DNA from: Girardia tigrina
Taxonomy: Eukaryota
NCBI GenBank assembly: GCA_001938485.1
Contig: MQRK01222116.1
Span: forward strand, 1-53,446
Direction: 5' to 3'
DNA: 53,446 nt
Shown here: positions 12,459 through 25,284 of the stretch, piece after piece
How positions within the stretch are numbered: the first letter of the stretch is position 1
Layout of the letters: each line of letters opens with the position of its first letter
Translations under genes and position numbers: made by a program
The notes under the pieces: generated by a model
Seen by the model: the letters and a program-made list of their open reading frames with translations, nothing else
What the model was told of the DNA's origin: nothing
The model's database searches: none

Positions 12459-13747
12459 TATTAGGGTGAACCAAAAGTCTTTTCGTATTTTCTACGTCTT
12501 TTTCTTTAATTGTTTCTTATTACCAAATAAAGATATTTTATATACACGTGTTATATGTTTTTAAAGCTCTTGAACTGCTCTATCACAAGATATATTAAAA
12601 CTTCTAATTAGTCGTTAATATAATTTTTATGGTCTTTTAGAAAAATCATGGAAAATGTTGAAATTCGTGTTCTTTTACGCCATTACTGGAAACAGGGCTT
12701 AAACGCAACTGCAGCAACAAAGAAGATATGCGAAGTTAAGGGCGATAATGTGGTCTCAAATCATTCTGCACAAAATTAGTTCAAAAGGTTCAACGAAGGC
12801 GACATTGACCTCGGAGACAATGCACGTTCAGGCCGACCTATCACCGTAGATTCCGGAGCAATTCGTGAAGCCGTCGAGACAAATTCGTCAATAAGTACTC
12901 GCAGATTGTCGGCCGAACTCGATATTCCTCAAACATCCATTGTACGACACCTTCACGCTCTTGGCAAGGTCAATAGACGATGTCGGAAAGTGCATTATGA
13001 ATTGACACAAATTCAAGTCGAAAAGCGTTTAGAAACTTGTCAAAAATTGCTTGAAATCCGCGCGATGACCGTTTCATCCGTCGAATTGTAACTTGCGATG
13101 AAAAGTGGGTTTACTTCAGTAATCCAGACCAAAATCAATGGTTGAACCCCAGACAAATGGTGAAACCGGTAGCGAAACGAGATCGTTTCTCAAGGAAGGC
13201 ACTTTTGTGTGTTTGGTGGAATTTCGAAGGCGTGATTCACTTCGAGCTGGTTCCAAATGGTCGTACCATCGACGCTGACCTTTACTGCGCCCAACTTGAT
13301 CGAATGTATGCGGCATTTGGCGAGAAATACCCCGCTTTCATCAATCGAAAGCGAATTCTTCTACAACAGGACAATGCAAAACCGCATACCGCCATACAAA
13401 CAAAGGAAGAAATCAAAAATCTCGACGCCTTTGAACTTCTTCCACACCCAGCATATAGTCCGGATCTTGCGCCATCCGACTATCACCTTTTCCGCTCTAT
13501 GGCACACTTTCTTCGTGGTTACAGCTTCAATAATCTGGCCCAGGTCGAAAACGGGTGTCACCAGTTCTTCGCTTCTAAGAACAAGGATTGGTACTGCAGC
13601 GGGATCGCACAACTTGCCCATAGATGAGTTCAAGCTATAGATTCAAATGGCCTTTACTTTGAAACTTGAATGTTTTTTTTATTTTTTGTAAAATTATGTT
13701 TAAATTTTTAATAAAAAATACGAAAAGACTTTTGGTTCGACCTAATA
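12459..13747 (+). mobile_element. Full-length mariner (DD34D); transposase pseudogene at 12648-13669
   Basis: TIRs TTAGGGTGAACCAAAAGTCTTTTCGTATTTT / AAAATACGAAAAGACTTTTGGTTCGACCTAA with TA TSD; TCDEKW, QDNAKPH and YSPDLAPSDY motifs; stops and a frameshift. Confidence 0.95.
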
Positions 13748-13984
13748 ATTGCAAGCATTACTTAATTTCCAAAGTTCATTTGTGATAATTTAGAACAGTT
13801 TGATGTAAAGAAATTTAATTTTTAATCAAAAAAGTGATTAATTAAATATCATAAATTAAATATAATTGGAATATTTTGGTAAACGGAAAGACAAATAAAA
13901 AAAAGATTTCAAATTATAAATAACTGTTAAACTCAAAAATTCTACGAAAAACCCTAAATCTCAAGGTTTTGTGAACTTGTGCAC

Positions 13985-14151
13985 AGGTATCAAATTCCAG
14001 TGAGAAAATATATCACAGAACGTGTATGGCCTAATTTTTTTGAGAAAGTGAAGATGAAGATATCGAAGATCCTTTTCTTTGGTGGTAATCAAACAAAAAT
14101 ACAGGCTTCCTACAATTGTATCTTTGATACGTTTTAATCTTGCTCCATCTC
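13985..14151 (-). CDS. Candidate host-gene exon
   Basis: Acceptor cgcttttag in phase 1 (matches the donor at 14735); open frame DGARLKRIKDTIVGSLYFCL...HWNLIP; donor position uncertain. Confidence 0.4.
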
Positions 14152-14257
14152 CTAAAAGCGATTTGTTTAGATGTAATGCGTTTCTTACCATAATTATATT
14201 TCGTATATTGTATTTAATTATCGTTTAATTTAAATATTCAATTTCTTAAATTTTTGC

Positions 14258-14352
14258 AAATCCGGCATCGGCTCCAACTCCGGCAGGATTTAACAAAAAT
14301 TCTGACTCCGGCACCGGCCGGGTTTCAAAAAAGGCAACCGGTACATCGCTAC
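14258..14352. mobile_element. hAT-type terminus fragment with CCGG subterminal repeats
   Basis: Clustered CCGG motifs ending CCGGTACATCGCTA. Confidence 0.5.
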
Positions 14353-14735
14353 TTATTTCATACACATATACATCGACAGGTGTTATTGTTTATAATAGAA
14401 TAATATAAAAGTACTACAAATAGTATTGTGTTTTATTTAGTAATATAAAAAAGTATTAAATTTTTAATACCATCAAATTATAGAAATAAAATTTTTGAAA
14501 ATGAATATAAATTATAATGTGTTTGGGTATCGCTTTTTTGCTATTCTTTCTCTGACATCTTAAAGTGTTCTAATATTCTATATAATTATTGAAGTGTAAT
14601 AACAGGCTACAATAAGGCAATTTTTGTAATTCTTCTGACAATAATTATCGGTAAATTCTGTTAAACATTAGTTAAAGAAAAATTAAAAAAGAGAATTTAG
14701 TAATTGACTACATAAATAAATAAACAAGAACATAC

Positions 14736-14865
14736 TATTTAATCCATTTAAGGGAAACAAAGATGATTGTGATGAATAAAACCATTGTACAGTTCCAGTT
14801 TCAATGACCTTCTGTAGGAAGGTCAGCATATGTAACCATCTGTCAACAGACGTTCTGGCAATTAG
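14736..14865 (-). CDS. Internal coding exon of the host gene
   Basis: ttgcag acceptor and GTATGT donor; LIARTSVDRWLHMLTFLQKVIETG...NGLN; phase 0 in (matches the 22557 donor), phase 1 out. Confidence 0.75.
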
Positions 14866-14941
14866 CTGCAATTATAACATATGTTAGATAACATAACCTT
14901 AGAATGTTATAAATGAATTTGAAAAACAATGGCAATTCGTT

Positions 14942-15786
14942 AAAATAAAAAGTCGAAAGTCAATTGAAAATATTTATTAATTTCGACGGATTAACCGTCA
15001 TCGTCAGAACAACTAATTTTTTAAAAAGAAATTGACTTATATACTGCCAGTAATGATTATGTAATCAATAATTCATCAATAAATCATTCAAAAACCCTCA
15101 ATAAAGTTGTCGAGAGTGCATTTTGAACGTTAATTTTAAGATCCAAAAATCTCATATATAAATCACTCTCTCCAGTAATTCTTAAATTGAGTGCACAGAA
15201 TTTTAAAGTTATGGATGTTTATCTCCCCTTTGCGATGTTTACTGTGTCCAGCAATTATTACTTCCACTTTCCTTACGACTGTGTTCCTGGATTCTCTTAC
15301 AGAGATGACGCGAAGTCTCTCTAATGTATGTGGCATTACACCAATTATATGTATATTGATAAATGAGATCCGCACACAATCATAACAGTGTTGAAGATTT
15401 ATTACTAAACACACCTTCGATTTTTTGGGTAGGGGAGATTATTTTTAAATTTATTGTGTTATCTATTGCTTTTAAAATAGAATTTTTAAATGTTTTAAAA
15501 CCTACTGAATAAGGTACGGTCAAAATATATCCAAGATCCAAACTAATTTTATCAGTGTTACAAGATTGATCTTGATCTTGAACATCTGTAAATTTTTTAC
15601 TATTACTTTTTTCAATTAATTTATCAATAGTTTCTTTCGTTAGTTTATCAACTACTGATTTGGAAAATCCATTATCATATAGTAATTTTGTTAATTTATT
15701 AAGACTCTCATCACATCGCCTATATGTAGATGAAAGAATTCGTCGAAATTAATAAATATTTTCAATTGGCTTTCGACTTTTAATTA
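14942..15786 (-). mobile_element. Penelope-like 3' fragment (RT C-terminal linker plus decayed GIY-YIG plus pLTR) with a short inverted pLTR piece at its 5' end
   Basis: LTVPYS...LIYQYTYNWCNATYIRETSRHLCKRIQEH; same family as 40201-40822; 15741-15785 is the reverse complement of 14942-14988. Confidence 0.85.
14971..15012 (-). ncRNA. Minimal hammerhead ribozyme
   Basis: Minus strand: TTGTT-CTGACGA-T-GACGG(TTAAT)CCGTC-GAAA-TTAA-TA^AATA. Confidence 0.8.
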
Positions 15787-15995
15787 GAAATGTTAATTGA
15801 TGAAATTAGATTTTTTGAAGATAACTCTAGATTCTAGCTATAAGACATAAATGATAACTAATCCATACAGCTAGTATTAATCGAAACCTAACAGCAACAT
15901 TTCCTAACGTATTAGTTTGCATTTCTTTCAAATACGCGATGTAGCCAATATTTAGCGAACTTTCGGTATAATATATACTCCGATTATTCAAATGA

Positions 15996-17302
15996 TATTA
16001 GGTGTATAACTTAGTTTTTTGGATTTTTTTGCAGAACAGACAAGTTTATTTATATGACATAATAAGTTTTATTCTAATCAAAATATTTTCCATCGTTAAT
16101 TATGACTTTNNNNNNNNNNNNNNNNNNNNNNNNNNNNNNNNNNNNNNNNNNNNNNNNNNNNNNNNNNNNNNNNNNNNNNNNNNNNNNNNNNNNNNNNNNN
16201 NNNNNNNNNNNNNNNNNNNNNNNNNNNNNNNNNNNNNNNNNNNNNNNNNNNNNNNNNNNNNNNNNNNNNNNNNNNNNNNNNNNNNNNNNNNNNNNNNNNN
16301 NNNNNNNNNNNNNNNNNNNNNNNNNNNNNNNNNNNNNNNNNNNNNNNNNNNNNNNNNNNNNNNNNNNNNNNNNNNNNNNNNNNNNNNNNNNNNNNNNNNN
16401 NNNNNNNNNNNNNNNNNNNNNNNNNNNNNNNNNNNNNNNNNNNNNNNNNNNNNNNNNNNNNNNNNNNNNNNNNNCGTTCTGCATTAACAGTTTCATTCAA
16501 ATTCAGCAGCTCATAGTACAGTACACCTTTCTGATCCCACCAAATGCACAACATAACCTTGCTTCCATGAATGTTTCTTTTTGCTGTTGATGTCGACGGT
16601 TCGCCGGGATGAACCCACGATTTCTTGCGTTTAGTGTTAACATAATAAATCCATTTTTCATCTCCAGTCACAATATTATGCAAAAACGACCATCTTCGTT
16701 GTCTTGTAAGCAATGAATTGAATATCAGTAATCGACTTTCAATGTCGGATTGATTCAATTCACGTGGTATCCATTTTCCTTCTTTTTCAATCATTTTCAT
16801 AGCATGTAGACGTTTACTTATGGCTGCTTGAGTAACATTTAACTGTTTTGCAAGCTCTTTCTCTGTTTGAGTAGAATCTTCCTTCAGTAATGATTCCAAA
16901 TCTTCATCTTCGAATCTTTTTGGTTGACCGGAACGCTCTTTGTCACTTACGTCGAAATCTCCACTTCTGAAATGTTTATACCAGTTCTCGCAAGTCTGTT
17001 GAGTCGGTGCATGTTGACCATAAGTTTCTTCAAGAAGCCGAAAACTGTCTGCAGCTTTTTTCTTTTGATTAAAGCAAAACAGTAGTGCTACCAGCAAATG
17101 CTGTTTTGTTGGTATAAAAGTTGTCATGCTAAAACGTGATTAAAAATATGTTTATGACGGATTTAAGGTCAATGACCTACTTAATTTTAATGCCTCGATT
17201 TCAGCACTTTAAAAATCTGTACATACGACTGTAAAATAATGCTTATTACAAAGGTTACACCATCTCTTAGAAAATCCAAAAAACTAAGTTATACACCTAA
17301 TA
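15996..17302 (-). mobile_element. mariner (Mos1/mauritiana-like); transposase open up to the N-gap
   Basis: Perfect TIRs TTAGGTGTATAACTTAGTTTTTTGGATTT with TA TSD; ORF from 17127 MTTFIPTKQHL...WIPREL...VTGDEKW. Confidence 0.95.
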
Positions 17303-17639
17303 ATTATTTTCCATAAATAGCACTTTATAAAGGGCCTTATTTCTCAAAGAAATTTCCCTTTAAATAAACATATTTGTTCTATCGCACAATTGTTCGCAGA
17401 ATTCAGGCTTATGTTGGGTTAGCCCACGTAATCAGTAGTATGAATGACATCGTTTTCTATCGGCCATGGAATCCCTTATCCTAGCAACTTCGTATTTTGA
17501 TTTTCAAATACTTTTCATCCATTTTAATATTTTTTAATCGTGAGATCATCATGGAAATAAGTTCTATAAAAATAAGTTAACGGATGTCATTATGTTGGTA
17601 TTTATCAAAAAATTAAACAACTGTTGTGATAATAAAGAA

Positions 17640-19100
17640 ACACTTCAATCAATAATTGGTCATTTTGTTTAATTATCTATTGCCATTTTTCTGAAGCTTT
17701 ATAATATTCTTCTTTGATATTATTTAATTTCGGTCAAGTACTTTTTCATGCTGTTGTCTAAAGTAAAAACTTACCGACATAAAGAGTTTTGCATGGAACG
17801 CAACTACTAAAACTCTGATTGCACCATGTCAGGGGTATACTTTGGGTTTGGGTATGCATATATAGTTTATGCCGGGTGAACAAAAGGTCTGTTATTAAAA
17901 TTATGAAACAGCTTTCTTTCTGTCGACCAAAATTTGGACATTTTGTATGACAGTTAACATTATAATCAATTGTTCAGTTGGATGGTAGAAGAAAAGTAAA
18001 TAATTCCATCACACTTTTTAGTTAAGTATCAACTTTTCGATGTGGACATGGTTACAACATAAGGTTTATGCCATAGTCTTTGGCTTGTAAGAATATTATA
18101 AATATTCCATCTTTATCAACAGTTATGAGTCATTTTAATAATAGATCTTCAAAAGCATGTCGTTACACTGCTGAACTGCTATTTAAAATGAAATCGTTCA
18201 GTTTGAAGATCTTAAAATCAACAGTTGTTTTTGATAAATCTAAGTGTTCAGCAATCTCTGTGCACTACGTTTCAGAGCTTTTAAGTGGTTCTCACCAACG
18301 TAAGGTAAATGTTTAATTTGATGTGTTTGTGACAAAGGAAACCAATTTTCCGGACAAACCAATATATTATGTTGGCTGGAAAATGTAGTTGTATTTTATT
18401 AACTGCAGTAAATTTTATCAGTCAATGTCAAGATAAGCAAGTTATTTAAAGTTTAATAATTTAGTGTACCTTTCGTTAGATATAAAAGGACGACGTGTCA
18501 CTCTCCATCGGTTAGTTGCAAAATAAAAACTGAATAAGATGAGACAATGGATAGAGTGAATGAAAGATATTGTTTATGGTAAGAGTTTCAGAAACGAAAC
18601 AATGCACCAGTTGCTTGAAAAAATATTTGGGAATTTGTAAATGCTCGGACATGCCAAAGTTGGTTTGTCTAATTTTGCTTAGATTTCAGTCTCAAACAAG
18701 ATTTTCAATCTCAGTTGTCATACAAGGTCAAAAGTAACATTTTGCAATCCATTGTAGATAAAGTAACAAATATCTAAGCACTAAATCGATTGAAAAAGTA
18801 ATCAAGATTCCCCAATCTAGGAACACATTAAACACATCTTAGATTCGTTGTGAAAAGGAAAATATCAGATCATGTGAGAATCTGTTCGTATCTCCCTATT
18901 AGCCACAATATAGAACCTTTTTGGAGAAGCTTATTACTACAGATGAAAATTGGATTCTTTACCTGAATATAAAGAAAGAATGAACATCGACTGCAATTAT
19001 TCCAAATAATCATTAATGGAAAATTGTGATGTTTTGTTTGTGGTAAGATAGAAGAATTCCAGTACGCCACTTAAACAATACAAAGCATCTGTTAATTTTT
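17640..19100. mobile_element. Two heavily decayed mariner remnants in divergent orientation, meeting near 18365
   Basis: Minus strand shows PKYTPDMVQSEF/RSMQNSL (degenerate YSPDLAPSDY region); plus strand shows LITTDENWILY; TIR-like ends on both sides of ~18365. Confidence 0.5.
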
Positions 19101-19249
19101 TATTTATATGACATTTGAATCATACGATTATTTTTTTTCCAAAATTGGCGCCTAAATGGTGTCGCCCAAATAATGCGTACTCAAATACTGCATTCTCTGC
19201 CATCGGTTTTGCCATTTCATTACCCTAAATGTAAATAAAATAGACCAAG

Positions 19250-22200
19250 AGTGCACTGGCCGATCCCCCAACACTAATGGAGACCAACGCAAGACTATAA
19301 TCGAGACCAATCCTCATTACACGACTCATGAATTAGCAGAAATATTGAAGATATCAAAAACAACACTCATGAGCTTTTAGTGGAGCACAATTACGTGAAT
19401 CGCTACGACTAGGGATGGCAAAAATCCCGGAAAAATTCAATACCGGGATTTCAGGAGTGAAAATTATTGTCCCTGGGAAATCCCGGGAATCCCCGGGATT
19501 CATGTGTGTGAGGAATATTTTAAATGTTTAATGTTTTGTGTTTGAATGTTTTATGTTGATTTGGAATTGTGTCTCTCCTACCATAATGGATGATTAATAT
19601 TTGAATTCTTATTATCTAAAAATATGTTATGTTTAAATTTATTTTTAATTTCAAATAATTTTAAAATTTTAAATAATTAATTTTGAAAATTTTTAATAAA
19701 TAATTCAAATTAATATTTTTTAAATAATTAATAATCATTTTTAATTATTATCCAATAAGTTTTGAGTAAATATTTTAATAAAATATTAATTTCTCCATTT
19801 GCTAAAAAAAATAATAAGAATTAATTCATTAATCAATTTATTTTAGAATGCAAAATCATTTTGCCTATAAATAAGAATCCAAATTTAAAAATAACTTTTA
19901 AAAATTATATCCCGAAAATAACATTTTTTAAATTGAATTTTGAATCTTAACGTACATTATTTGAAAAACTATTGGACTTTGGGTTTGATCCAACTTTTCG
20001 GGTCTATGTCAGCAAAATGGCGGCTGAGAGAAAATGGCAGTTGGTTGAGGGAGTAAATACTGTACATAATTTTGAAAAATAATCTGAATAATTCAATTAA
20101 CTTGTATTTTTTAAAATGTACTTAAAAAATTAAAACATCAATAGTTTTATCGTTTATTCGAGTTTTTTGAGAAAAGAATACCAGCCGCTGATAATGCTCG
20201 TTCACACTCCACATTTGTTGATTTAAAAGATAGTAAATAATCGAATACTTTTTGAAGGTGGTCATCTCGTGTCTCCACTTTCAAATAACAAAATTTCTTT
20301 ATGAATTTTAGAAATTATACTTTTAACTCTTATAGATAGTTTTCGTATTGACTTTAATCCTTTTTCTATAGCTTCATTTAACTGTTCACTAAAGCTATTA
20401 CAAAATTCTTCAGCTGATAAAATCTGGTTGTGAACATCACTACACATGTCTGATGCAGTTATTGTATCTGTAGCATTTAAACGCTTTAACAGGTTTAACA
20501 GCATTTTTTATTTTCAATAGGTGTATTTAGTACAAAAACATCATATATTTTGACCATGATAAAGGTAGTAAACTAAACTACTTAGTGATGTTCTTCTATC
20601 TTTTATTCGATGATTCAAAGCAGTATAAAACTGTTGTTCAACTTCGAACTGCTACTGTTTTATTTTTGTTAACAAGAACTCTAATGCAATGTCAACTGTA
20701 ATTAAAGTTGCGTCTCAACGAAAAAGAACTTCCATAGTAGCTTTAGCTGGAGTCCAAAGTATTACTAAATCAGATACTATTTCATATTCATTGTCGTTCA
20801 TCTTAAGTGAATCATTTATATTGAGATCTAAAATGCTTTTTTAACATAATTTTTTAACTTGTCAATATCAACAAGCTGCTCCATCTGATTTTGCAATCCA
20901 TAATTAAATGAATGACCTTTCAAAACTCAATTTTTACGTACTTCTGTAAATAATCGTCATTTCTTGTTGGAGACCTTTTGAAAAAAAGTACATTTTTTCT
21001 GACCTTTGTGATAACAGGTCCAATCATTTAATCAGTAATCGTAACTTCTCTCAAAAATAAACCATTCTAATTCTGAAAACAATCTTCGTCTTCAGAATCA
21101 CAGTCACTAGTATCAATTTCATCATCCTTATCCACCAAATTTCCAAAGAAAATGTTTGCGCGTCTTTCTTCTTTTTTATAAAGAATCGATATAACAGCCA
21201 ATTGTAAAACGTAAGAAAAGCATAATTGTTGATCAATTTCCAGAATTTTTGCAACTTTCAGCATTACACTAGCACCATCTGTTGTAATATCAACGAAATC
21301 GTCTTCGCGTTTTATTTTTGATATACACAGTCTTTCATTTAGAAAGGAAACACACCTTTCTGCTGACATAGACCCGAAAAGTTGAATCAAACCCAAAGTC
21401 CAATAGTTTTTCAAATAATGTACGTTAAGATTCAAAATTCAATTTAAAAAATGTTATTTTCGGGATATAATTTTTAAAAGTTATTTTTAAATTTGGATTT
21501 TTATTTATAGGCAAAATGATTTTTGATTTTTTCTGTGATTTCATAGAGACTATCTTTTAAATAAATATAATTTTTCATATTTTAATGATTCCCAACAACA
21601 AATTAAACTTACAAAAATAAATTAAGTATATCACAATCCCGAAATCCCGGGAAATGTTTGAGACAAAACCCGGGATACATTGTGTTCCTAATCCCGGGAT
21701 TGCCATTCCTAGCTACGACGTATGAGTTCCATATAATCTGAGTAAAAGAAAATCTGAGTGATGGTATATACCTTTGTGATTCACTTTACAAACGCAAGGA
21801 AAATGTGCTGTTTTTTAAAACAAATAGTGAAGAGTGATGAAAAATGGATCATGTATAATAATATGAAGGTTAAAAAAATCTTGGGGTAAGCCAGATGAAC
21901 CCTCATTAGTCATTCCCAAAGCCGGTCTTTATTTAAGACAAATCATGTTCTATGTGTGGTTGGACTTCAAAGAAATTCTCCATGATGAGCTCTTACCAAA
22001 AAACAAGACGATTAATTCAAACAAGTTCTGCTCAAATATGATGAATTAAATACAGTGATACAGGAAAAATGCCCAAAAATAGGGAACATGACTTGACGTT
22101 GTGTTGCATCATGACAGTGCCATATTACATGTTTCTTTGGCTACGAGGAAAACGTTGTTGGACCTATGATGATGTGTGTTAGTACACCCACCGTATTCTC

Positions 22201-22483
22201 CCGATATTGCCGCTCCCGACTATCACCTGTTCTAGTCCCTGCAAAATTATCTTAACGACAAAAAATTTTAGTCTTTAGGTGTACTGAAATCCCATCTTAA
22301 ATAGTTAGGGTTATGTTTCGCAGAGAAACTTGAGAAGTTAAGGAAGAATGATATTTTCTAGGTACAATAAAGAATGCAAAAGATTGTATAAAATAATGGT
22401 GTTGATTAAATACATGTCTATATATAAATATTTTGCTTATGAATTTTTATTAAAAATCGGAACAAAATGTCCGAGCATTCCAA
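19250..22483 (+). mobile_element. Decayed mariner interrupted by a hAT insertion
   Basis: YVNRYD|V*VPYNL rejoins across the hAT; downstream SDEKWIMYNN, HHDSA and PPYSPDIAAPDYHLF. Confidence 0.85.
19410..21711 (-). mobile_element. hAT transposon, decayed and rearranged, with 8-bp TSD
   Basis: TIRs TAGGGATGGCAA / TTGCCATTCCTA; perfect TSD GCTACGAC (19402-19409 and 21712-21719); CCCGGG subterminal repeats; ITTDGASVM..C..(H)VLQLAV and SVERALSAAG motifs. Confidence 0.92.
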
Positions 22484-22556
22484 AATGATGTGGATAATTA
22501 ACAATTAATTATATTACTTTTTTAAGATAAAAAACTATTAAAAAATTAAAATTTAC

Positions 22557-22773
22557 CTTAAATAATACAAATACTACGTGAGTACGACATAATAACTTCC
22601 AGCCACAATCCTTTTGAGATGGAGTGGCAAGGGATTTGATACCCATATCAAGCAATTCTACAGAACCAGAACACAGTATCATCATAACAGCGAAATCATT
22701 AGTTATATCTGAATCCTCAATTAAACGTTTATCTCTTAATGTAGAACTCTTCAAAGGCAAATAAATATGAGAT
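22557..22773 (-). CDS. Internal coding exon of the host gene
   Basis: ttaatcag acceptor and AAG|GTAAAT donor (phase 0); SHIYLPLKSSTLRDKRL...HVVFVLFK. Confidence 0.75.
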
Positions 22774-22823
22774 CTGATTAAATATATTATACATAAGGGA
22801 TTAATCTTAGAAATATATTCAAC

Positions 22824-23251
22824 TTTTCAATAACAGAATGAGACAAAAATTGACATATTGCTTCGGGTAGAACCAGGCATTTATTCTGCTTCTTATAGAG
22901 TTGCAAAAATAAAAGCTTTGTAGTTGAAAATGGATATGAATCCAGAACATTCAATGCAAATTCCGCATTTATATAAGCATCGAATTCTGTCATTAAATTT
23001 TGAACGGACATTTCCATATAGATTACAGCATCGCAGTCATATTTACCGGATAGGTAACATTTTAGGTGAACATGGGCAATAGTCATTAATATCGCGGTGG
23101 CTTTATTTAGGAACTCTTCATTTTGCAGATGACGTTGTTTGAGAACCAAAACAACGACTGCAAAAACGGGATTGTAACGAATGTCTTCAATTGTTAAATT
23201 TGGTATAAGAAGATCATTAAAAATAGTATCGGCTATTGAGCGGTCCTTGAC
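22824..23251 (-). CDS. Coding exon of the host gene (alternatively starting at ATG 23281)
   Basis: Open frame of ~143 codons with no TE motifs; cattttcag acceptor; a 50-nt phase-2 GT-AG intron (22774-22823) joins it in frame to the next exon. Confidence 0.75.
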
Positions 23252-23370
23252 CTGAAAATGTTCACCGTGACTTAAATACATTTACTCAATTTTCAAGATT
23301 CATTCGTTAACTATCAAAAATTAAATGAAAAAAATTAAAAGAGGAAAAAGAAATTAGACACTTAAATGAA

Positions 23371-23372
<2 letters not shown>

Positions 23373-23425
<53 letters not shown>

Positions 23426-23476
23426 TNNNNNNNNNNNNNNNNNNNNNNNNNNNNNNNNNNNNNNNNNNNNNNNNNN

Positions 23477-23509
<33 letters not shown>
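23373..23509. repeat. (TA)n microsatellite spanning an N-gap
   Basis: Direct reading. Confidence 0.9.
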
Positions 23510-23511
<2 letters not shown>

Positions 23512-23586
23512 TACTTATAATTTCTGTAAATATGTATGTTTTCATATAAGTTTAATATAAGCCGCCATTTTTAAAATATTTATGTT

Positions 23587-23626
23587 TTAAGACATGCTTC
23601 ACCAGTTATGGCATCGTCAGTTGACT
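23587..23626 (-). ncRNA. Degenerate minimal hammerhead (solo Penelope pLTR remnant)
   Basis: Minus strand: CAA-CTGACGA-T-GCCA(TAAC)TGGT-GAAG-CATG-TC^TT; GAAA is mutated to GAAG; lies about 80 bp from a (TA)n tract, like the 1.6-kb copy. Confidence 0.6.
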
Positions 23627-24672
23627 AATTGGAATTTTCAAATTCAAGTCATCCATTCAACACCATCAATAAATAAATTCACATACTAACATGATACATT
23701 AGTTTAAGAAACCATTATTCGATATCACACTTCAGTAAATACGTATTACGTATTTCGTTAATGTTAAAAAATGTTATAAAAACGATTTGAAGGATAACTA
23801 AATTAAAATTGTATCTATAGAGTTGTATTTTTTTACTTTTTATTGTAATTATTATTTATTTTTATTCTTAGTTCCCCCTTGGGTATATGTCATGCGCCTA
23901 CTAGATGTATCATTGTCAAAAAATCACACAGAAACAAATTTTACTCAATTTTAAATATAAACCATTAAACTTTAATTTGTCTGGACAATTATGAGACATG
24001 GAAAAGCATGAAGAAAATAAAATTTGATCAAGTTACACAAACAAGAGTTGTAAAATATTTTCAAATAAAAATTAAAAAATCGATTGTTCTTACTAAATAT
24101 GAAGGTAAGTTCATTTCAGTGAAAAGTAAAACGCAAGTTGTAAAAAGAATAGTTTTGATAACTTTGAGAAGAGGTGAAAAAGTTCAATTACAATCCGAAG
24201 AATTAAAAAGCAAAAAATATGTAATTTGGTAAAATAAATTTAACAATAATAATATTTGCGATAAAAAGCACCTTAATTAAAAAATCTAATTTAAAAATTA
24301 AAGCTGATGCATAGAAGGGCTTAATTTCTATAAATATGAATGTTTGATAAAAGTTTAATATAAATCGGTTGAATCTCCTCAAGTAAAATATTTTTTAATT
24401 AAAAGAGAATATAGAGCGCTCCCCGTATAATGTCTCTTGGGTCTAATAAATTAAATACATTATAGAGAGCACAGAAATATGTTCTAAAAACTAGATAAAT
24501 AAATGAAGGTGATAATTAATTAAATTTATTCTTTTTCAAATCAATTATATTCTTTTGCTTTATCATGTTGAGAAATTTTCATTTTAAGAAATTGTTAACA
24601 TTACTGATTTTAATGCAATATAAACTTAATTGTCTTTGAAGAAACAAGTAATAATAGTAATAACGATAGTAA

Positions 24673-25215
24673 CACGGCATATACATGGACATAAGTCGAG
24701 GTTTTTCTCAAATAAATCAAGCTAAATTTCTGACATCGACTGATATTCGTGCCCCTCTGTGAACATTGGTATCAGAGCAAGCGAAAATGTGTGGCTATGT
24801 CCACGTGCATTTCACCGACACAAACACATTGGCTACCTTATTGATTGTCTATTGATTACCATACTGATTGTCATTATTGCCGTAATTATTTGTGCTAACG
24901 TTTCTAAATCCCAGGAAGTGTTTTAATATATTGAAGAATCCCATAAAAATGTCTGATAAGAATAGGTGTTCTTACGGTGCAAATTTTAAACTAAATGTTT
25001 GAGCTTACGCCATTGAATATGTAAATAATAGAGAAGCTGCTAGGTTTATAAAAGCTAGTGAGTGAATTGAAAAAACTTTTGATTAATTAACATTCTGCCT
25101 TCGTGAAAGAAAGCATGTCTAATTCGCATATAGCTGATGAAAAAGAATCGCTTTGCTTGACAATGCAGCACAGATAAAATGGATTTGCAGTAATAACAGA
25201 TGCTATTAGATGCTA
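24673..25215 (+). mobile_element. pogo-family 5' fragment (Brinker-type DNA-binding domain)
   Basis: TIR-like CGGCATATACATGGACATAAGTCGA; MSDKNRCSYGANFKLNV*AYAIEYVNNREAAR. Confidence 0.6.
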
Positions 25216-25284
25216 TTGCACCTGTCTCTGTGTGGTGTTCCTTTTGATTTTTCTAGTAAAAGATTGAAATAACATTAGACAGAT

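Noticed and set aside
16002-16590. Long ORFs spanning N-runs (also 42703-43817)
   Set aside because: Artefacts of translating assembly gaps
22774-22792. 19-nt intron alternative
   Set aside because: Leads to a stop after 14 codons; the 50-nt intron keeps the frame
23286-23310. 25-nt micro-exon between a good acceptor and a GTAAAT donor
   Set aside because: Stop codons in all three frames
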